A DNA stretch of 64,000 nt, from positions 384,001 through 448,000 of the forward strand of contig CAXXWC010000003.1 in assembly GCA_963668645.2 (NCBI GenBank). The letters are read 5' to 3'. Below are positions 1 to 8,990 of the stretch, piece by piece. A program made the position numbers and the translations under genes. Each line of letters starts with the position of its first letter. Positions within the stretch are counted from its first letter, which is position 1. The notes under the pieces are model-generated. The model had not been told where the DNA came from. It did no database searches and was given only the letters and a program-made list of their open reading frames with translations. This DNA comes from Desulfobacterales bacterium (GTDB taxonomy: Bacteria > Desulfobacterota > Desulfobacteria > Desulfobacterales > UBA2174).

Positions 1-641
1 CGCACCTTGCTCCCGATCTTGCGCTGCATCAAAGGGGCTAGGGCGCCATAACGGTTGCCGGCCATGATCAGGGTATCCACCTGGCGCACCTTGAGCCGGT
101 GAAGATGTTTCTTGACGATGGACCGGGCCTCCGGCCTGTGCTGCCAATCGGCGTCCAGCAGGGCTGACACCAGCGGCGCGGCCATGCCGTGGACGGCGGC
201 CCCGGGGCGCAGGGCCAGAATGGCCTTGGGATAGGCTTCACTGGCAATGGTGGCGCGGCTGCCGATCACCCCTATCCGCCCGCTGGAAGAGGACTCTGCC
301 GCAGCCGCGGCCGCCAACTCGAGGGGATTGATCAGCATGGTCTGGACCAGCGAAAGATCCGCGTGCCCGGCGGCCCGGGCTGCCATGCTCTGGCTGGCGA
401 TCAGCACCGCTTCGGCGCCCCGCTCACACAGGTATGCCACACCTTGCCTGAGTCGGCGGTCGATCAATGCATCGCTGCGTTCGCCGATGGGACTATGGGC
501 CGTATCGGCCAGATAGACGATGGATATCCACGGCCGGTTGGCGTTAAGCGCCGCCACGAGCGCCAACCCGCCCAGATCGGCGTCCAGGATCCCCAGGGTC
601 GATACGCGCCGGTCCAACAATGTCATTGTGCCTTCTGGCAT
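1..641 (-). CDS. Glutamate racemase (MurI)-like protein lacking both catalytic Cys; 3' end runs off the window
   Basis: Not in the ORF track. Manual translation from ATG 641 (alternative ATG 626) is open to base 1: ...LGILDADLGGLAL...VYLADTAHSPIGERS...VLIASQSMA...GRIGVIGSRATIASEAY...DTLIMAGNRYGAL. This is colinear with the MurI motifs IGxFDSGxGGL, DTAxxPYG, IACNT, IGVIGTxATI and DTLILGCTHYP. Confidence 0.8.
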   Translation of the reverse strand, partial: MPEGTMTLLDRRVSTLGILDADLGGLALVAALNANRPWISIVYLADTAHSPIGERSDALIDRRLRQGVAYLCERGAEAVLIASQSMAARAAGHADLSLVQTMLINPLELAAAAAAESSSSGRIGVIGSRATIASEAYPKAILALRPGAAVHGMAAPLVSALLDADWQHRPEARSIVKKHLHRLKVRQVDTLIMAGNRYGALAPLMQRKIGSKV

Positions 642-678
642 ATATTCGCCAATCGAATGCCGGCCACCGAGGTGCCCC

Positions 679-960
679 ATGCCCGATCCGTCTTTTCCGC
701 CGTCCATGAACCGGAAAATTTTTGAACTCGCCCTGCCCGTGGAAACCGTGTCCGCCTACCTGCTCTGCTGCGCCCTGGCCCAGGAGGGGCAACCGGTTGG
801 CCGCCAAAACCTGCTGGCGGTCTGGAACGCCGCACCGGCCGCTCTGGACACGGCCCTGGCCGAGCTGCAGGCGCGCAACATCCTTGCACGCCTGGAAACC
901 GGCACCGCCGGCGAGCCTGAATTTCGTCCCCAACCGGCCACGGCCTGGCGCGGCCCATGA
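679..960 (+). CDS. Small hypothetical protein, possibly winged-helix-like
   Basis: GAGGTG RBS precedes ATG 679. The 93-aa product begins MPDPSFPPSMNRKIFELALPVETVSAYLLCC and ends with a helical LDTALAELQARNIL segment. Confidence 0.55.
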   Translation: MPDPSFPPSMNRKIFELALPVETVSAYLLCCALAQEGQPVGRQNLLAVWNAAPAALDTALAELQARNILARLETGTAGEPEFRPQPATAWRGP

Positions 961-969
961 GGCCTTTTT

Positions 970-1374
970 TCACTTGAATCCGGCTCCGCCTTCCAGTTCG
1001 GCCGCCACCCGCTGCAAAATGGCTTCATCCGGCAGATCGGTGCGCATCCCGGGGCAGGTCGTGGCCATGGCGCGCCAGTTGGCAACGTCCTTCAGCACTC
1101 CCGGGATATAAGGCCACAGGCGGCACATGCGCGGCTTGACCGGATGGATGGTGCACAGGTCCTGCCAGAAAACGCAATAACCATCCGCTCGCTGGGCCAG
1201 CAAGAGCCGGCCGCAGGAGGTCTGGCAGTATTGCTCGGTAAATTGTGCGGGGCTGCAGCCCAGATAAGCGGCGATGGCCTCGATGTCGGCCGCATCGAGG
1301 TAGGTCCCCCCGTACCCCCGGCAGCACTGGCCGCAACGCTGGCAGGTAAAAATATCCTGACCGTCACAGGGCAT
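970..1374 (-). CDS. YkgJ-family (CxxCxxCC) cysteine-cluster protein
   Basis: FTCQRCGQCC, C-x-F and CTIHPVKPRMCRLWP motifs. ATG 1374 overlaps the recR stop. Confidence 0.85.
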   Translation of the reverse strand: MPCDGQDIFTCQRCGQCCRGYGGTYLDAADIEAIAAYLGCSPAQFTEQYCQTSCGRLLLAQRADGYCVFWQDLCTIHPVKPRMCRLWPYIPGVLKDVANWRAMATTCPGMRTDLPDEAILQRVAAELEGGAGFK

Positions 1375-1963
1375 GGCGGCCATCCAGGGACCGTTTGAGA
1401 GTGGCCTGGTCGATGAATTTGAGGTCCCCACCGATGGGTACGCCGCAGGCGATGCGGCTGATGCGCACCTTGAACTCTCCGAGCACCTGGCGCAGGTAGG
1501 CGGCCGTGGCATCACCGGCCACACTCGGGCTGGTGGCCAGGATCACCTCTTCGATCCCGCCGGCCGACAACCGCTGGCACAACTGGCGGATGCGCAGATT
1601 ATCCGGCCCCACCCCGTCCATGGGGGCCAGGGTCCCTTGCAGCACGTGATAACGCCCGTGAAATGCGCCGCTCTTTTCGATGGCCACCATATCGGTCGCC
1701 TGTTCGACCACGCAAAGCTGGCCGTTGTCGCGGGCCGGGTCGGTGCACAGGCGGCACAACTCGTCGTCGCTCAGGCAGAAACATTGCCGGCAAACCTGGG
1801 TCTTCTCCTTGACCGCCAGCAGGGCCCGGGCCATCTGTTCCACCTGGGCGCGGGGGACCGACAGCAGATGCAGGGCGAGACGTTCGGCGGTTTTCTCACC
1901 GATCCCGGGCAGTTTGGCGATCTGGCGAATCAACTCGATCATGGTAGGCGGATAGTAGCTCAC
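1364..1963 (-). CDS. recR: Recombination mediator RecR
   Basis: LPGIGEKTAERLA HhH motif, C4 zinc finger, Toprim region (CVVEQ, EEVILAT). Confidence 0.97.
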   Translation of the reverse strand: MSYYPPTMIELIRQIAKLPGIGEKTAERLALHLLSVPRAQVEQMARALLAVKEKTQVCRQCFCLSDDELCRLCTDPARDNGQLCVVEQATDMVAIEKSGAFHGRYHVLQGTLAPMDGVGPDNLRIRQLCQRLSAGGIEEVILATSPSVAGDATAAYLRQVLGEFKVRISRIACGVPIGGDLKFIDQATLKRSLDGRHAL

Positions 1964-1984
1964 CAGGTGGTTCTCCCCTCTACC

Positions 1985-2302
1985 TCAAAACCCCGGAATC
2001 TGAAGCCCGCCGGTGAGTTTACCCATTTCACCAGAGACCATCTCCTGGCTCTTTTTGAGCGCGTCGTTGACGGCCGCCAGGACCAGGTCCTGGAGCATTT
2101 CCACGTCCTGCGGGTCAACGACTTCCTTTTCGATGGCGATGGAAACGACCCGCTGGCTTCCGTCCGCCACGACCCGCACCATTCCGCCGCCGGCACTGGC
2201 TTCGACAGTCCGAGTGGCCAGTTCCTCTTGCATCTTCAACATCTTGGATTGAAGCTTCTGGGCCTGCTTGACCATCTGGCCCATGTTGCCCATACCTTTC
2301 AT
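1985..2302 (-). CDS. ybaB: YbaB/EbfC nucleoid-associated protein
   Basis: KQAQKLQ...EASAGGGMV...[17 protein letters not shown]. Conserved dnaX-ybaB-recR order. Confidence 0.96.
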   Translation of the reverse strand: MKGMGNMGQMVKQAQKLQSKMLKMQEELATRTVEASAGGGMVRVVADGSQRVVSIAIEKEVVDPQDVEMLQDLVLAAVNDALKKSQEMVSGEMGKLTGGLQIPGF

Positions 2303-3942
2303 GACGGCTCTCCTTCTTGTAAAGCGCGCACATCCACCACCTGACCGTCGAAAATCTCGACGGCCTCTGCAACGAGGGGATGGCTGAGGGCTTCCTGTTT
2401 GACAAGGTTACGATTCTGGCCCCGGCGGCTCTTGCCGGAAGGTCCGCTGGCGGCCGCATGAACAACCAGGCTCAGCTCCCGCCCCAGTTCGTCCCGGCAA
2501 AGCGCTTCGATGGCCTGCCGCTCACGCTGAATCAACTCGGTCTGGAATCCGTTCCCCTGAACCTCGAGGGTAATGCGTTTTTGATCTATCCCCGTTACCC
2601 GGCAGTGGGGCAAAACGCCGCTCAACTTGGGGTGGTGCTGGCCGATGGCCTCCAGCAAACGCTGTTCCATCGACGCCTTTGCAGGAGTGGGTGAAACTTC
2701 GCGCTGCGCGTCTCCACCCGCAACATCTTCAGCGGCGGCAATCGATTCGACTCGCGCGGATTGAGCCGGTGCGAATACCGCCGGGGCTGAATCGCCCGCT
2801 ACGGGATGGCGCAAGGCATCCAGCTTGGCCACCAGGGCATCGATGGTCAACGGCGGCGGCACCTGGACCAAGCGCACCAGCACAGTCTCAAGGGCCAGTC
2901 GCGGTTGGGGGGCCAGCCGCACGAAGGCCTCTTCGCGCAGCATCACATCCAGGGTTTGGCTCAACCTGGAGGCGGACAATCCGGAAACCTGGCGGCCGAT
3001 GGCGGAAATCTCCGCTTCCGGCAGGTCCACAAGCCCCTCGGCCGCGTCCACCGAACGGATCACGAGCATATGGCGAAACTGCTCGCAAAGATCCTGGTAG
3101 AGTTTTTTCAGATCCAACCCATGGCTATAGGCATTGTCCACCGCATCCAGGACGGCGGGCAGATCGCGATCCAACAAGGCGCCGGCCAGATGCATCAACC
3201 GCTGGCGGTCGAGGGTGCCCAGGGCATCCTGGACCAGTTCCGTATCCACCTCGCCTTGGGAGGCAGCCAGAATCTGGTCAAGAAGGCTCAAAGCATCACG
3301 CAGGCACCCGTCGGCCTCACGGGCGATCATATCGAGGCTTTCGCCCGCCACCGGCCGCCCTTCCCGCTGGCATAACGCGGCCAGATGCTCGGCGATGGCC
3401 CGGGTCGGCACCCGTTTGAGATCATGGCGCTGGCAACGGGAAAGAATCGTCGCGGGGATCTTGTGCGGCTCGGTGGTGGCGAAAAAAAACAGCACGTGCG
3501 GCGGCGGTTCTTCCAGCGTCTTGAGCAGCGCATTGAAGGCCGCCACGCTCAGCATGTGCACTTCATCGATGATGTAAATCTTGTAAGGGCTGTGGGCCGG
3601 CATGTACTTGAGGTTTTCGCGCAGTTCGCGCACCTGTTCGACGCCGGTGTTCGAAGCCCCGTCGATCTCGAAAACGTCGGCAGCATTGCCGGTGGTGATC
3701 TCCCGGCAACTGCGGCATTGGTTGCACGGTTCGGCCGTCGGCCCCTGAGCGCAGTTCATTGCCTTGGCCAGGATTCTTGCGATGGTGGTCTTGCCGGTGC
3801 CGCGCGGGCCGACAAACAAAATGGCATGTGCCAGGCGGCCCGCCTGGATGGCGTTGCCGAGGGTGCGGGTCACATGATCCTGGCAAATGACGTCGGCAAA
3901 ACGTTGCGGTCGGTATTTGCGAGCCAGGACAAGGTATCCCAT
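2299..3942 (-). CDS. dnaX: DNA polymerase III subunit gamma/tau
   Basis: Starts [13 protein letters not shown]. Walker [10 protein letters not shown], zinc motif CNQCRSC, DEVHML, SRC motif. Confidence 0.97.
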   Translation of the reverse strand: MGYLVLARKYRPQRFADVICQDHVTRTLGNAIQAGRLAHAILFVGPRGTGKTTIARILAKAMNCAQGPTAEPCNQCRSCREITTGNAADVFEIDGASNTGVEQVRELRENLKYMPAHSPYKIYIIDEVHMLSVAAFNALLKTLEEPPPHVLFFFATTEPHKIPATILSRCQRHDLKRVPTRAIAEHLAALCQREGRPVAGESLDMIAREADGCLRDALSLLDQILAASQGEVDTELVQDALGTLDRQRLMHLAGALLDRDLPAVLDAVDNAYSHGLDLKKLYQDLCEQFRHMLVIRSVDAAEGLVDLPEAEISAIGRQVSGLSASRLSQTLDVMLREEAFVRLAPQPRLALETVLVRLVQVPPPLTIDALVAKLDALRHPVAGDSAPAVFAPAQSARVESIAAAEDVAGGDAQREVSPTPAKASMEQRLLEAIGQHHPKLSGVLPHCRVTGIDQKRITLEVQGNGFQTELIQRERQAIEALCRDELGRELSLVVHAAASGPSGKSRRGQNRNLVKQEALSHPLVAEAVEIFDGQVVDVRALQEGEPS

Positions 3943-4097
3943 AGCGCTCACTCGTTTGAAATCCGATGAAATTCGGTGCAATGACCTGGGACGGGAGGGG
4001 CGCGGTGGGCTGTCGATCCGCCGCGAAAAACCTGCCGCCGCCAAGCCATCCATGGCATGGGGTGGCAATCCGGGGCAATGAATTTTCTAAGCGGGTC

Positions 4098-4191
4098 TGG
4101 CGGAGAGAGAGGGATTCGAACCCTCGGTGCCGCTTTTAACAGCACACACGATTTCCAGTCGTGCACCTTCAGCCAGCTCGGTCATCTCTCC
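4098..4191 (-). tRNA. tRNA-Ser(GGA)
   Basis: Minus strand reads GGAGAGA...CACGA-CTGGAAA-TCGTG (anticodon GGA), long variable arm, GGTTCGAATCC, encoded CCA. Confidence 0.97.
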
Positions 4192-4242
4192 GCATGGTAC
4201 GAGGCCGACACTACCGTTACCCGTGTTCAAAACTGCGGCGAG

Positions 4243-4271
4243 ACAATAGCCGCGGCAAAAACTTTTGTCAA
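4243..4271 (-). promoter_or_regulatory. Sigma70-type promoter for tRNA-Ser/dnaX
   Basis: TTGACA-N17-TATTGT on the minus strand, about 50 bp upstream of the tRNA. Confidence 0.6.
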
Positions 4272-4358
4272 CGCTTGGCCTCACGTTTATCGTCCCTGCC
4301 TGGCAAGCAGCACCGAAAACGGTTCCGGCGCTTGTTTTGCCGGGCCCCGCCTTTCGAT

Positions 4359-4658
4359 TCACCTGTCTTGACCGCCGTCACTGAGGCCGGCCAGGGCCCG
4401 GTCGAGGCACTCGGTGATCTGGCGGCTCAAGGTCAGGATCTCCTCAAGACAAGCCGAGACCTCCGGATAGCCGTTGGCGGCGCTGGTTTCAGCCCATTGG
4501 CGATATCCATCCAGGTGATCCTCATTGTGATGGCGCCAGTGCTCCAGGCGTCGCGTCAGCTTTTGCGCGAAATCGAGCTTTCCCCCGTCCCGCTCTTCGT
4601 GGGAATGGTGGTGATGATGATCGTGGTCCGGGTGGGAATGGGAATGATGATCGTGCAT
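4359..4658 (-). CDS. Small His-rich putative metal-binding protein
   Basis: N-terminus MHDHHSHSHPDHDHHHHHSH, then helical LEHWRHHNEDH...YRQWA. Preceded by a GGAG RBS. Confidence 0.8.
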   Translation of the reverse strand: MHDHHSHSHPDHDHHHHHSHEERDGGKLDFAQKLTRRLEHWRHHNEDHLDGYRQWAETSAANGYPEVSACLEEILTLSRQITECLDRALAGLSDGGQDR

Positions 4659-4751
4659 GTTTCACTCCTGATGGCAGAAATTTCCCCGCCAAGGAACCCG
4701 GCAGGTATTCTTCCAGTTTAGGTTGAACGACTCTTCGCCCCCCTGTCCTGT

Positions 4752-5483
4752 TCAACCGCCGGGGGCCGGGACCAGCATTGCAGCGGCCTCCTGAGTATAT
4801 TTTCCGGAAGCCTGATAAATATAAAGAGGGGGGGCCACATCCAGCGCCGGACCGGCCCCTTTAATGGCCTGCACCAACATCAGCCGGGCGCCGCCGCCCG
4901 GGCGGGAATGCACCAGGCGCAGACGCTTGGGCTCCAACCCCGCCTTGCGCAGCGCTAAAAACAGATCGACACCGCGAGAGGCCGGGTAGACCGCCGCAAA
5001 CCGGCCGCCAGGGTCCAACAAACGGCAGGCGGCGGCGGCAAAATCGTTTAAGTTTCCCAAAATTTCATGCCTTGCGCAAGCCCGCTCGCCGTCCGGGTTG
5101 ATCCGCCCGCTGCCGGTGGAGCGATAGGGCGGGTTGGCCACCACCAAATCGCCCTTCCCGCAGCTACTGCGTTGGAGGCGGCGCACATCTTTTTCAAGGA
5201 TCGCAACCTGGGTCTCCAGGCGGTTAAGCGCTACGTTGTCCCTGGCCAAGGCCGCCAAACCGGCTTGAATCTCGACCCCCACCACCTGGCAGGAAGGCTC
5301 CCGGTGGGCGAGCAAAAATGCGACAATCCCGCAGCCACACCCCAAATCCACGATCCGCGTATCCGGCCCCGTTTCGACAAAAGCCGCCAGCAGTGCGGCA
5401 TCGATGGAAAAACGGTAACCGTCCCGGTGCTGGCGGACTACCAATCGGCCGCCGTAAAAACGGTCCTCGGTCAAGGCTCTCAT
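4752..5483 (-). CDS. tRNA1(Val) adenine(37)-N6-methyltransferase family (YfiC/TrmM-like)
   Basis: GYRFSIDAALL, SAM motif DLGCGCG, NPPY, ARHE and EPKRLRLVH motifs. ATG 5483 overlaps the upstream stop. Confidence 0.88.
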   Translation of the reverse strand: MRALTEDRFYGGRLVVRQHRDGYRFSIDAALLAAFVETGPDTRIVDLGCGCGIVAFLLAHREPSCQVVGVEIQAGLAALARDNVALNRLETQVAILEKDVRRLQRSSCGKGDLVVANPPYRSTGSGRINPDGERACARHEILGNLNDFAAAACRLLDPGGRFAAVYPASRGVDLFLALRKAGLEPKRLRLVHSRPGGGARLMLVQAIKGAGPALDVAPPLYIYQASGKYTQEAAAMLVPAPGG

Positions 5484-5797
5484 AACGGACCGATCTTGAA
5501 TCGAATCTCCGAGATCTGAACCTCCGGCAGGCAATGGTTGATCCGGGCGATCAGGTCGGCCCGCAGAAAATCGAGTTCCTGCATCCAGACGCTGCTGGCC
5601 ACATGAACCAGGAGCAAAGATCCTTTGAGGCCAACGGGCCGGGAACTGGCGGCGATGGCCGGTCCGACAAGGGCCTTCCACTGGTCGCAGAGCCTCTCCA
5701 TCGGAGCGGCCCGGTTTTGACGCAGATCGACGATCAAATCGCCGAGCAGATCGGCCACATGAACCGGCATGGACATCGGGGAACGGGGCGGCGCCAT
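5480..5797 (-). CDS. DUF721 / DciA-family protein
   Basis: WKALVGPAIAASSRP...LLVHVASSVWMQEL...I-x-F-x-IG pattern. Start codon uncertain. Confidence 0.8.
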   Translation of the reverse strand: MAPPRSPMSMPVHVADLLGDLIVDLRQNRAAPMERLCDQWKALVGPAIAASSRPVGLKGSLLLVHVASSVWMQELDFLRADLIARINHCLPEVQISEIRFKIGPL

Positions 5798-6024
5798 GAA
5801 TCGAAGCACTATCGACCGTCGTAGCGCCTGTCAACCATTATTCAACGGCAAGGTATCGGGCGGTTGCCCCTCTGGTCATTTCAAAAAAAACCCTTATCAT
5901 AATTAAACGTGAAATCCCTTTGGACTTGACTTAAGGTCCACGCTCACATAATTTCAGATCCAATATCAATAACTTCTGGATCCATAAAACCGGATCCAAG
6001 CAAGGGGAAGGGTTGACACGCCAA

Positions 6025-7068
6025 ATGAGTTGGGACTGGGAAAAACTCAAGGAACAACAGGAAAAACGCTCGGGCGGCCCCATGCCGCCCCAGATGGATG
6101 AGCTGTTTCAGCAATTCAAGAAATTCCGCCTCCCCGGTGGACCGCTGGTATTGCTTCTATTGGCGGCGATCGTACTCGGCTCCTCGATGTTTTATACGAT
6201 CGGGGTCGACGAAGTCGGGGTCGTGCAGCGGTTCGGCAAGTTCGTGCGAACGACTCAGCCCGGGTTGAACTTCAAGATGCCCATGGGCATTGAAAAGGTC
6301 ACCAAGGTCAAGGTCCGCCGGGTCTATGCCGAAGAGTTCGGTTTTGCCTCGGGCCAGGAGGAAGGCACCCCACGCTTCGGACCGCTTGAGGGGGATGCAT
6401 CGGTATCGATCATGCTCACCGGGGATTTGAACGTTGCCTTGGTGCCGTGGATCGTCCAATACCGGATCAACGAGCCATACAACTACCTGTTCAAGGTGCG
6501 CGACGTACGCCGTCTACTGCAGGACATGTCCGAAGCCACCATGCGTTTGGTGGTGGGCGACCGGAGCATCAATGAGGTGATCAGCAAACGCGAAGAAATC
6601 GCAGTGGAAGCGCGTCAGCTGCTTCAACGCGAGCTGGACAAAGCCGAATCGGGTCTGAACATCGTCACCATCGAGTTGAAGCGGACCAACGTCCCCGGTC
6701 CGGTCCAGCCCTCCTTCAACGAGGTCAACCAGGCCGGCCAGGAAAAGGAAAAACTGATCTACGAAGCCCGCGAGGATTACAACAAGGCCATCCCGGAAGC
6801 CCGCGGCGAGGCCGAGCGGGTCATCAGAGCGGCGGAAGGCTATGCCCTGGAAGTGGTCAACCGGGCCAAGGGCGACACGTCCCGTTTTCTGGCCGTCTAT
6901 GAGGAATACGTCAAGGCCAAGGATGTCACGCGGCGCCGCATCTATCTTGAAACGCTCAAGGACTTACTGCCCAAACTGGGCCAGAAGTACATCGTGGATG
7001 CCGATCAAAACAACCTGCTGCCGTTGCTCAATATCGGCGCCCAGCCCCAAAAGGATGTCGTCAAATGA
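6025..7068 (+). CDS. hflK: FtsH protease modulator HflK
   Basis: One TM helix, SPFH domain, MLTGDLN, ARGEA. Upstream of hflC. Alternative start TTG 6013. Confidence 0.95.
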   Translation: MSWDWEKLKEQQEKRSGGPMPPQMDELFQQFKKFRLPGGPLVLLLLAAIVLGSSMFYTIGVDEVGVVQRFGKFVRTTQPGLNFKMPMGIEKVTKVKVRRVYAEEFGFASGQEEGTPRFGPLEGDASVSIMLTGDLNVALVPWIVQYRINEPYNYLFKVRDVRRLLQDMSEATMRLVVGDRSINEVISKREEIAVEARQLLQRELDKAESGLNIVTIELKRTNVPGPVQPSFNEVNQAGQEKEKLIYEAREDYNKAIPEARGEAERVIRAAEGYALEVVNRAKGDTSRFLAVYEEYVKAKDVTRRRIYLETLKDLLPKLGQKYIVDADQNNLLPLLNIGAQPQKDVVK

Positions 7069-8003
7069 AACATCGCAGTCTCTTGATCGCCGCCGTCTTG
7101 ATAATAGGATTCGTTCTATTCAGCGCCGCTTACATCGTCGACGAAACCGAACAGGTGGTTGTCACCCAGTTCGGACGCGTGGTCGGTAAGCCCAAGGTCG
7201 AACCCGGGCTCTACTTTAAGGTCCCTGTCTTGCAGCAGGCAACCTACTTTCCCAAGAACTTGCTCCAATGGGACGGGGATCCGGGGCAGATTCCGACCCT
7301 GGACAAGACGTATATTTACGTGGACGCATTCGCCCGCTGGAAAATCGTAGACCCTATCAAGTTCTTCCAGACGGTCAACAATATCACTGGTGCCCAGGCG
7401 CGCCTGGACAACATCATCGACCCTGCGGTGCGCAACCTGATTACCGAAAACCGCCTCATCGAAACCGTACGGCTCACCAACCGCAAGCTGGACACCTTTG
7501 AAATCGGACGCGAAGAGGAAAAACAACCCCAGGCGGTCTTTATGATCACCACGGGCCGCGAGAAGATCGCCGAAGCCATCGTGGCGCAGGCCCAGCCCAA
7601 GCTGGAACAGTTCGGCATTGAGCTGGTAGACGTCAAACTCAAGCGGATCAACTACGTCGAGCAGGTACGTGAATCGGTCTATGCACGAATGACCGCCGAG
7701 CGCAAGCAGATCGCCGAAAAGTTCCGCAGTGAGGGCCAGGGCGAAGCGCGCAAAATATTGGGCGAGAAGGAACGTGACCTCAAGGCCATTACGTCCGAGG
7801 CATATCGGACGGCCCAGGAGATCAAGGGCAAGGCCGACGCCGAAGCCACCCGCCTCTACGCGGAAGCCTTCGGCCGTGATCCGGATTTTTACTCGTTCAG
7901 CAAAACCCTGGAAACATACTCGGAAGCCATGGACAAAAACAGCTCGCTGGTGCTTTCCACCGACACCGAGTTCTTCAAATACTTGAAGGATTACCGCAAG
8001 TAG
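7065..8003 (+). CDS. hflC: FtsH protease modulator HflC
   Basis: VDETEQVVVTQFG, PGLYFKVP, RMTAER, DPDFYSF. ATGA overlap with hflK. Confidence 0.96.
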   Translation: MKHRSLLIAAVLIIGFVLFSAAYIVDETEQVVVTQFGRVVGKPKVEPGLYFKVPVLQQATYFPKNLLQWDGDPGQIPTLDKTYIYVDAFARWKIVDPIKFFQTVNNITGAQARLDNIIDPAVRNLITENRLIETVRLTNRKLDTFEIGREEEKQPQAVFMITTGREKIAEAIVAQAQPKLEQFGIELVDVKLKRINYVEQVRESVYARMTAERKQIAEKFRSEGQGEARKILGEKERDLKAITSEAYRTAQEIKGKADAEATRLYAEAFGRDPDFYSFSKTLETYSEAMDKNSSLVLSTDTEFFKYLKDYRK

Positions 8004-8074
8004 CAGGACTGCAGAAAAAGGCCGGTTTCCGCCCGCCGGAGGCCCCGGCGGGCGGTGTACGTCATCGCCCCGAC

Positions 8075-8116
8075 AAAAAGCACCGTCGCCGTCCGGATAG
8101 ACGCAACGGTGCTTTT
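8075..8116. terminator. Probable bidirectional intrinsic terminator between hflC and the bS22-like gene
   Basis: AAAAAGCACCGT...ACGGTGCTTTT inverted repeat with A and T tracts, lying between convergent genes. Confidence 0.65.
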
Positions 8117-8123
8117 CGCGGCA

Positions 8124-8222
8124 TTATTTGCCTTTGCGCCGCTGATGCCGTGTGCGAGCCAGCAGTTTGCGGTGCTTGTGTTTGCGCATCTTCTTTCTTC
8201 GTTTTTTGATAACGCTACCCAA
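8124..8222 (-). CDS. 30S ribosomal protein bS22-like (AURKAIP1/COX24/mS38 domain), 32 aa
   Basis: Not in the ORF track. GGAGGTGAT SD, then TTG start; translates MGSVIKKRRKKMRKHKHRKLLARTRHQRRKGK*, closely matching the actinobacterial bS22 pattern MGSVIKKRRKRM.K.KHRKLL.RTR.QRRK. Confidence 0.92.
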   Translation of the reverse strand: MGSVIKKRRKKMRKHKHRKLLARTRHQRRKGK

Positions 8223-8272
8223 CCGATCACCTCCCATGTCGTCAAATGCGCCGGAACGGATCCGGCTGTTTT

Positions 8273-8288
8273 TGCGTAACCGATGCCA
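8273..8288 (-). promoter_or_regulatory. Possible sigma54 (-24/-12) promoter for the bS22-like gene
   Basis: Minus strand TGGCATCGGTTACGCA has GG and GC at the correct spacing but lacks the TT before GC. About 50 bp upstream of the start. Confidence 0.35.
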
Positions 8289-8341
8289 ATTAGCACTTTT
8301 TTATTTGGCCTGTCCACCCCTAATTTGATATCCATCGGTCC

Positions 8342-8878
8342 ATGGCGCCCCCAAACACCTTCACCGATGAACAGCTGCGAACGGTCAACGAAGCGATGGC
8401 CAGAGCGGAAGAAGTCGTCAGCGAAGCTTTCAAGATGTCGGCCAGCCAGTGGCTACGCCACCGTTACGATGTGCGCACCCAGGTCCAGCTGTCCGCCGAA
8501 GAGGTGGTTTGCGGCCCTTTTGCCCAGGTGATCCGTTATCAGGGGCAAAGACCCGGAACAAGTCTCGGATCGGGGGCCTATGATTTCTACAAAATCTGCC
8601 TTCAGGACCATGCCATCCTGGGACTCTTGGAGCGACGTATCGAACTGCAATTGTTCGCCTTCGTTCTTTACATCGGGGTCCATGAGCTGATCCACATTGT
8701 ACGCTTCGGGTATTTCCTCCAGGGCTTCGTGGCCACCGCGGCCGAAATGATGGCCGAGGAAACCCGAGTCCACCGTTTGACCAGGGAAATCGTACGTCCC
8801 TTGCCAGAGCCTGGAATCGATGCAGTGCTCAACTTTTTCGCCCACTGGCACGCGCCCATCGACGGGTTGATCCAGTAA
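8342..8878 (+). CDS. Hypothetical protein with an HExxH motif (putative zincin)
   Basis: YIGVHELIHIVRF followed by a downstream EE. Plausible 178-aa composition. Confidence 0.7.
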   Translation: MAPPNTFTDEQLRTVNEAMARAEEVVSEAFKMSASQWLRHRYDVRTQVQLSAEEVVCGPFAQVIRYQGQRPGTSLGSGAYDFYKICLQDHAILGLLERRIELQLFAFVLYIGVHELIHIVRFGYFLQGFVATAAEMMAEETRVHRLTREIVRPLPEPGIDAVLNFFAHWHAPIDGLIQ

Positions 8879-8906
8879 ATCCTCTCGAATCCTGCACGGC
8901 GCTTGC

Positions 8907-8934
8907 TTGACAAGCCCGAAAGCGGTCCTATATT
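8907..8934 (+). promoter_or_regulatory. Sigma70-type promoter upstream of the FmdB-family gene and groESL
   Basis: TTGACA-N16-TATATT. Confidence 0.55.
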
Positions 8935-8990
8935 TACCCCGATTCCGGCCAACCGAACGGGATTTCAGGATTTTTTAAAGGAGAGGGAAA

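Noticed and set aside
2299..3942. Programmed frameshift or slippage site in dnaX producing gamma
   Set aside because: No A AAA AAG or A9 tract seen after domain III. The only notable A run (A6 near 3103-3108) lies within the clamp-loader core.
3943..4097. Expected SRP RNA (ffs) between tRNA-Ser and dnaX
   Set aside because: The conserved CAGGTCCGGAAGGAAGCAGC domain IV motif was not found on either strand.
8290..8316. TTAGCACT, resembling a CIRCE half-site near groESL
   Set aside because: The second half (GAGTGCTAA after 9 nt) is absent and the site is about 1.2 kb from groES.
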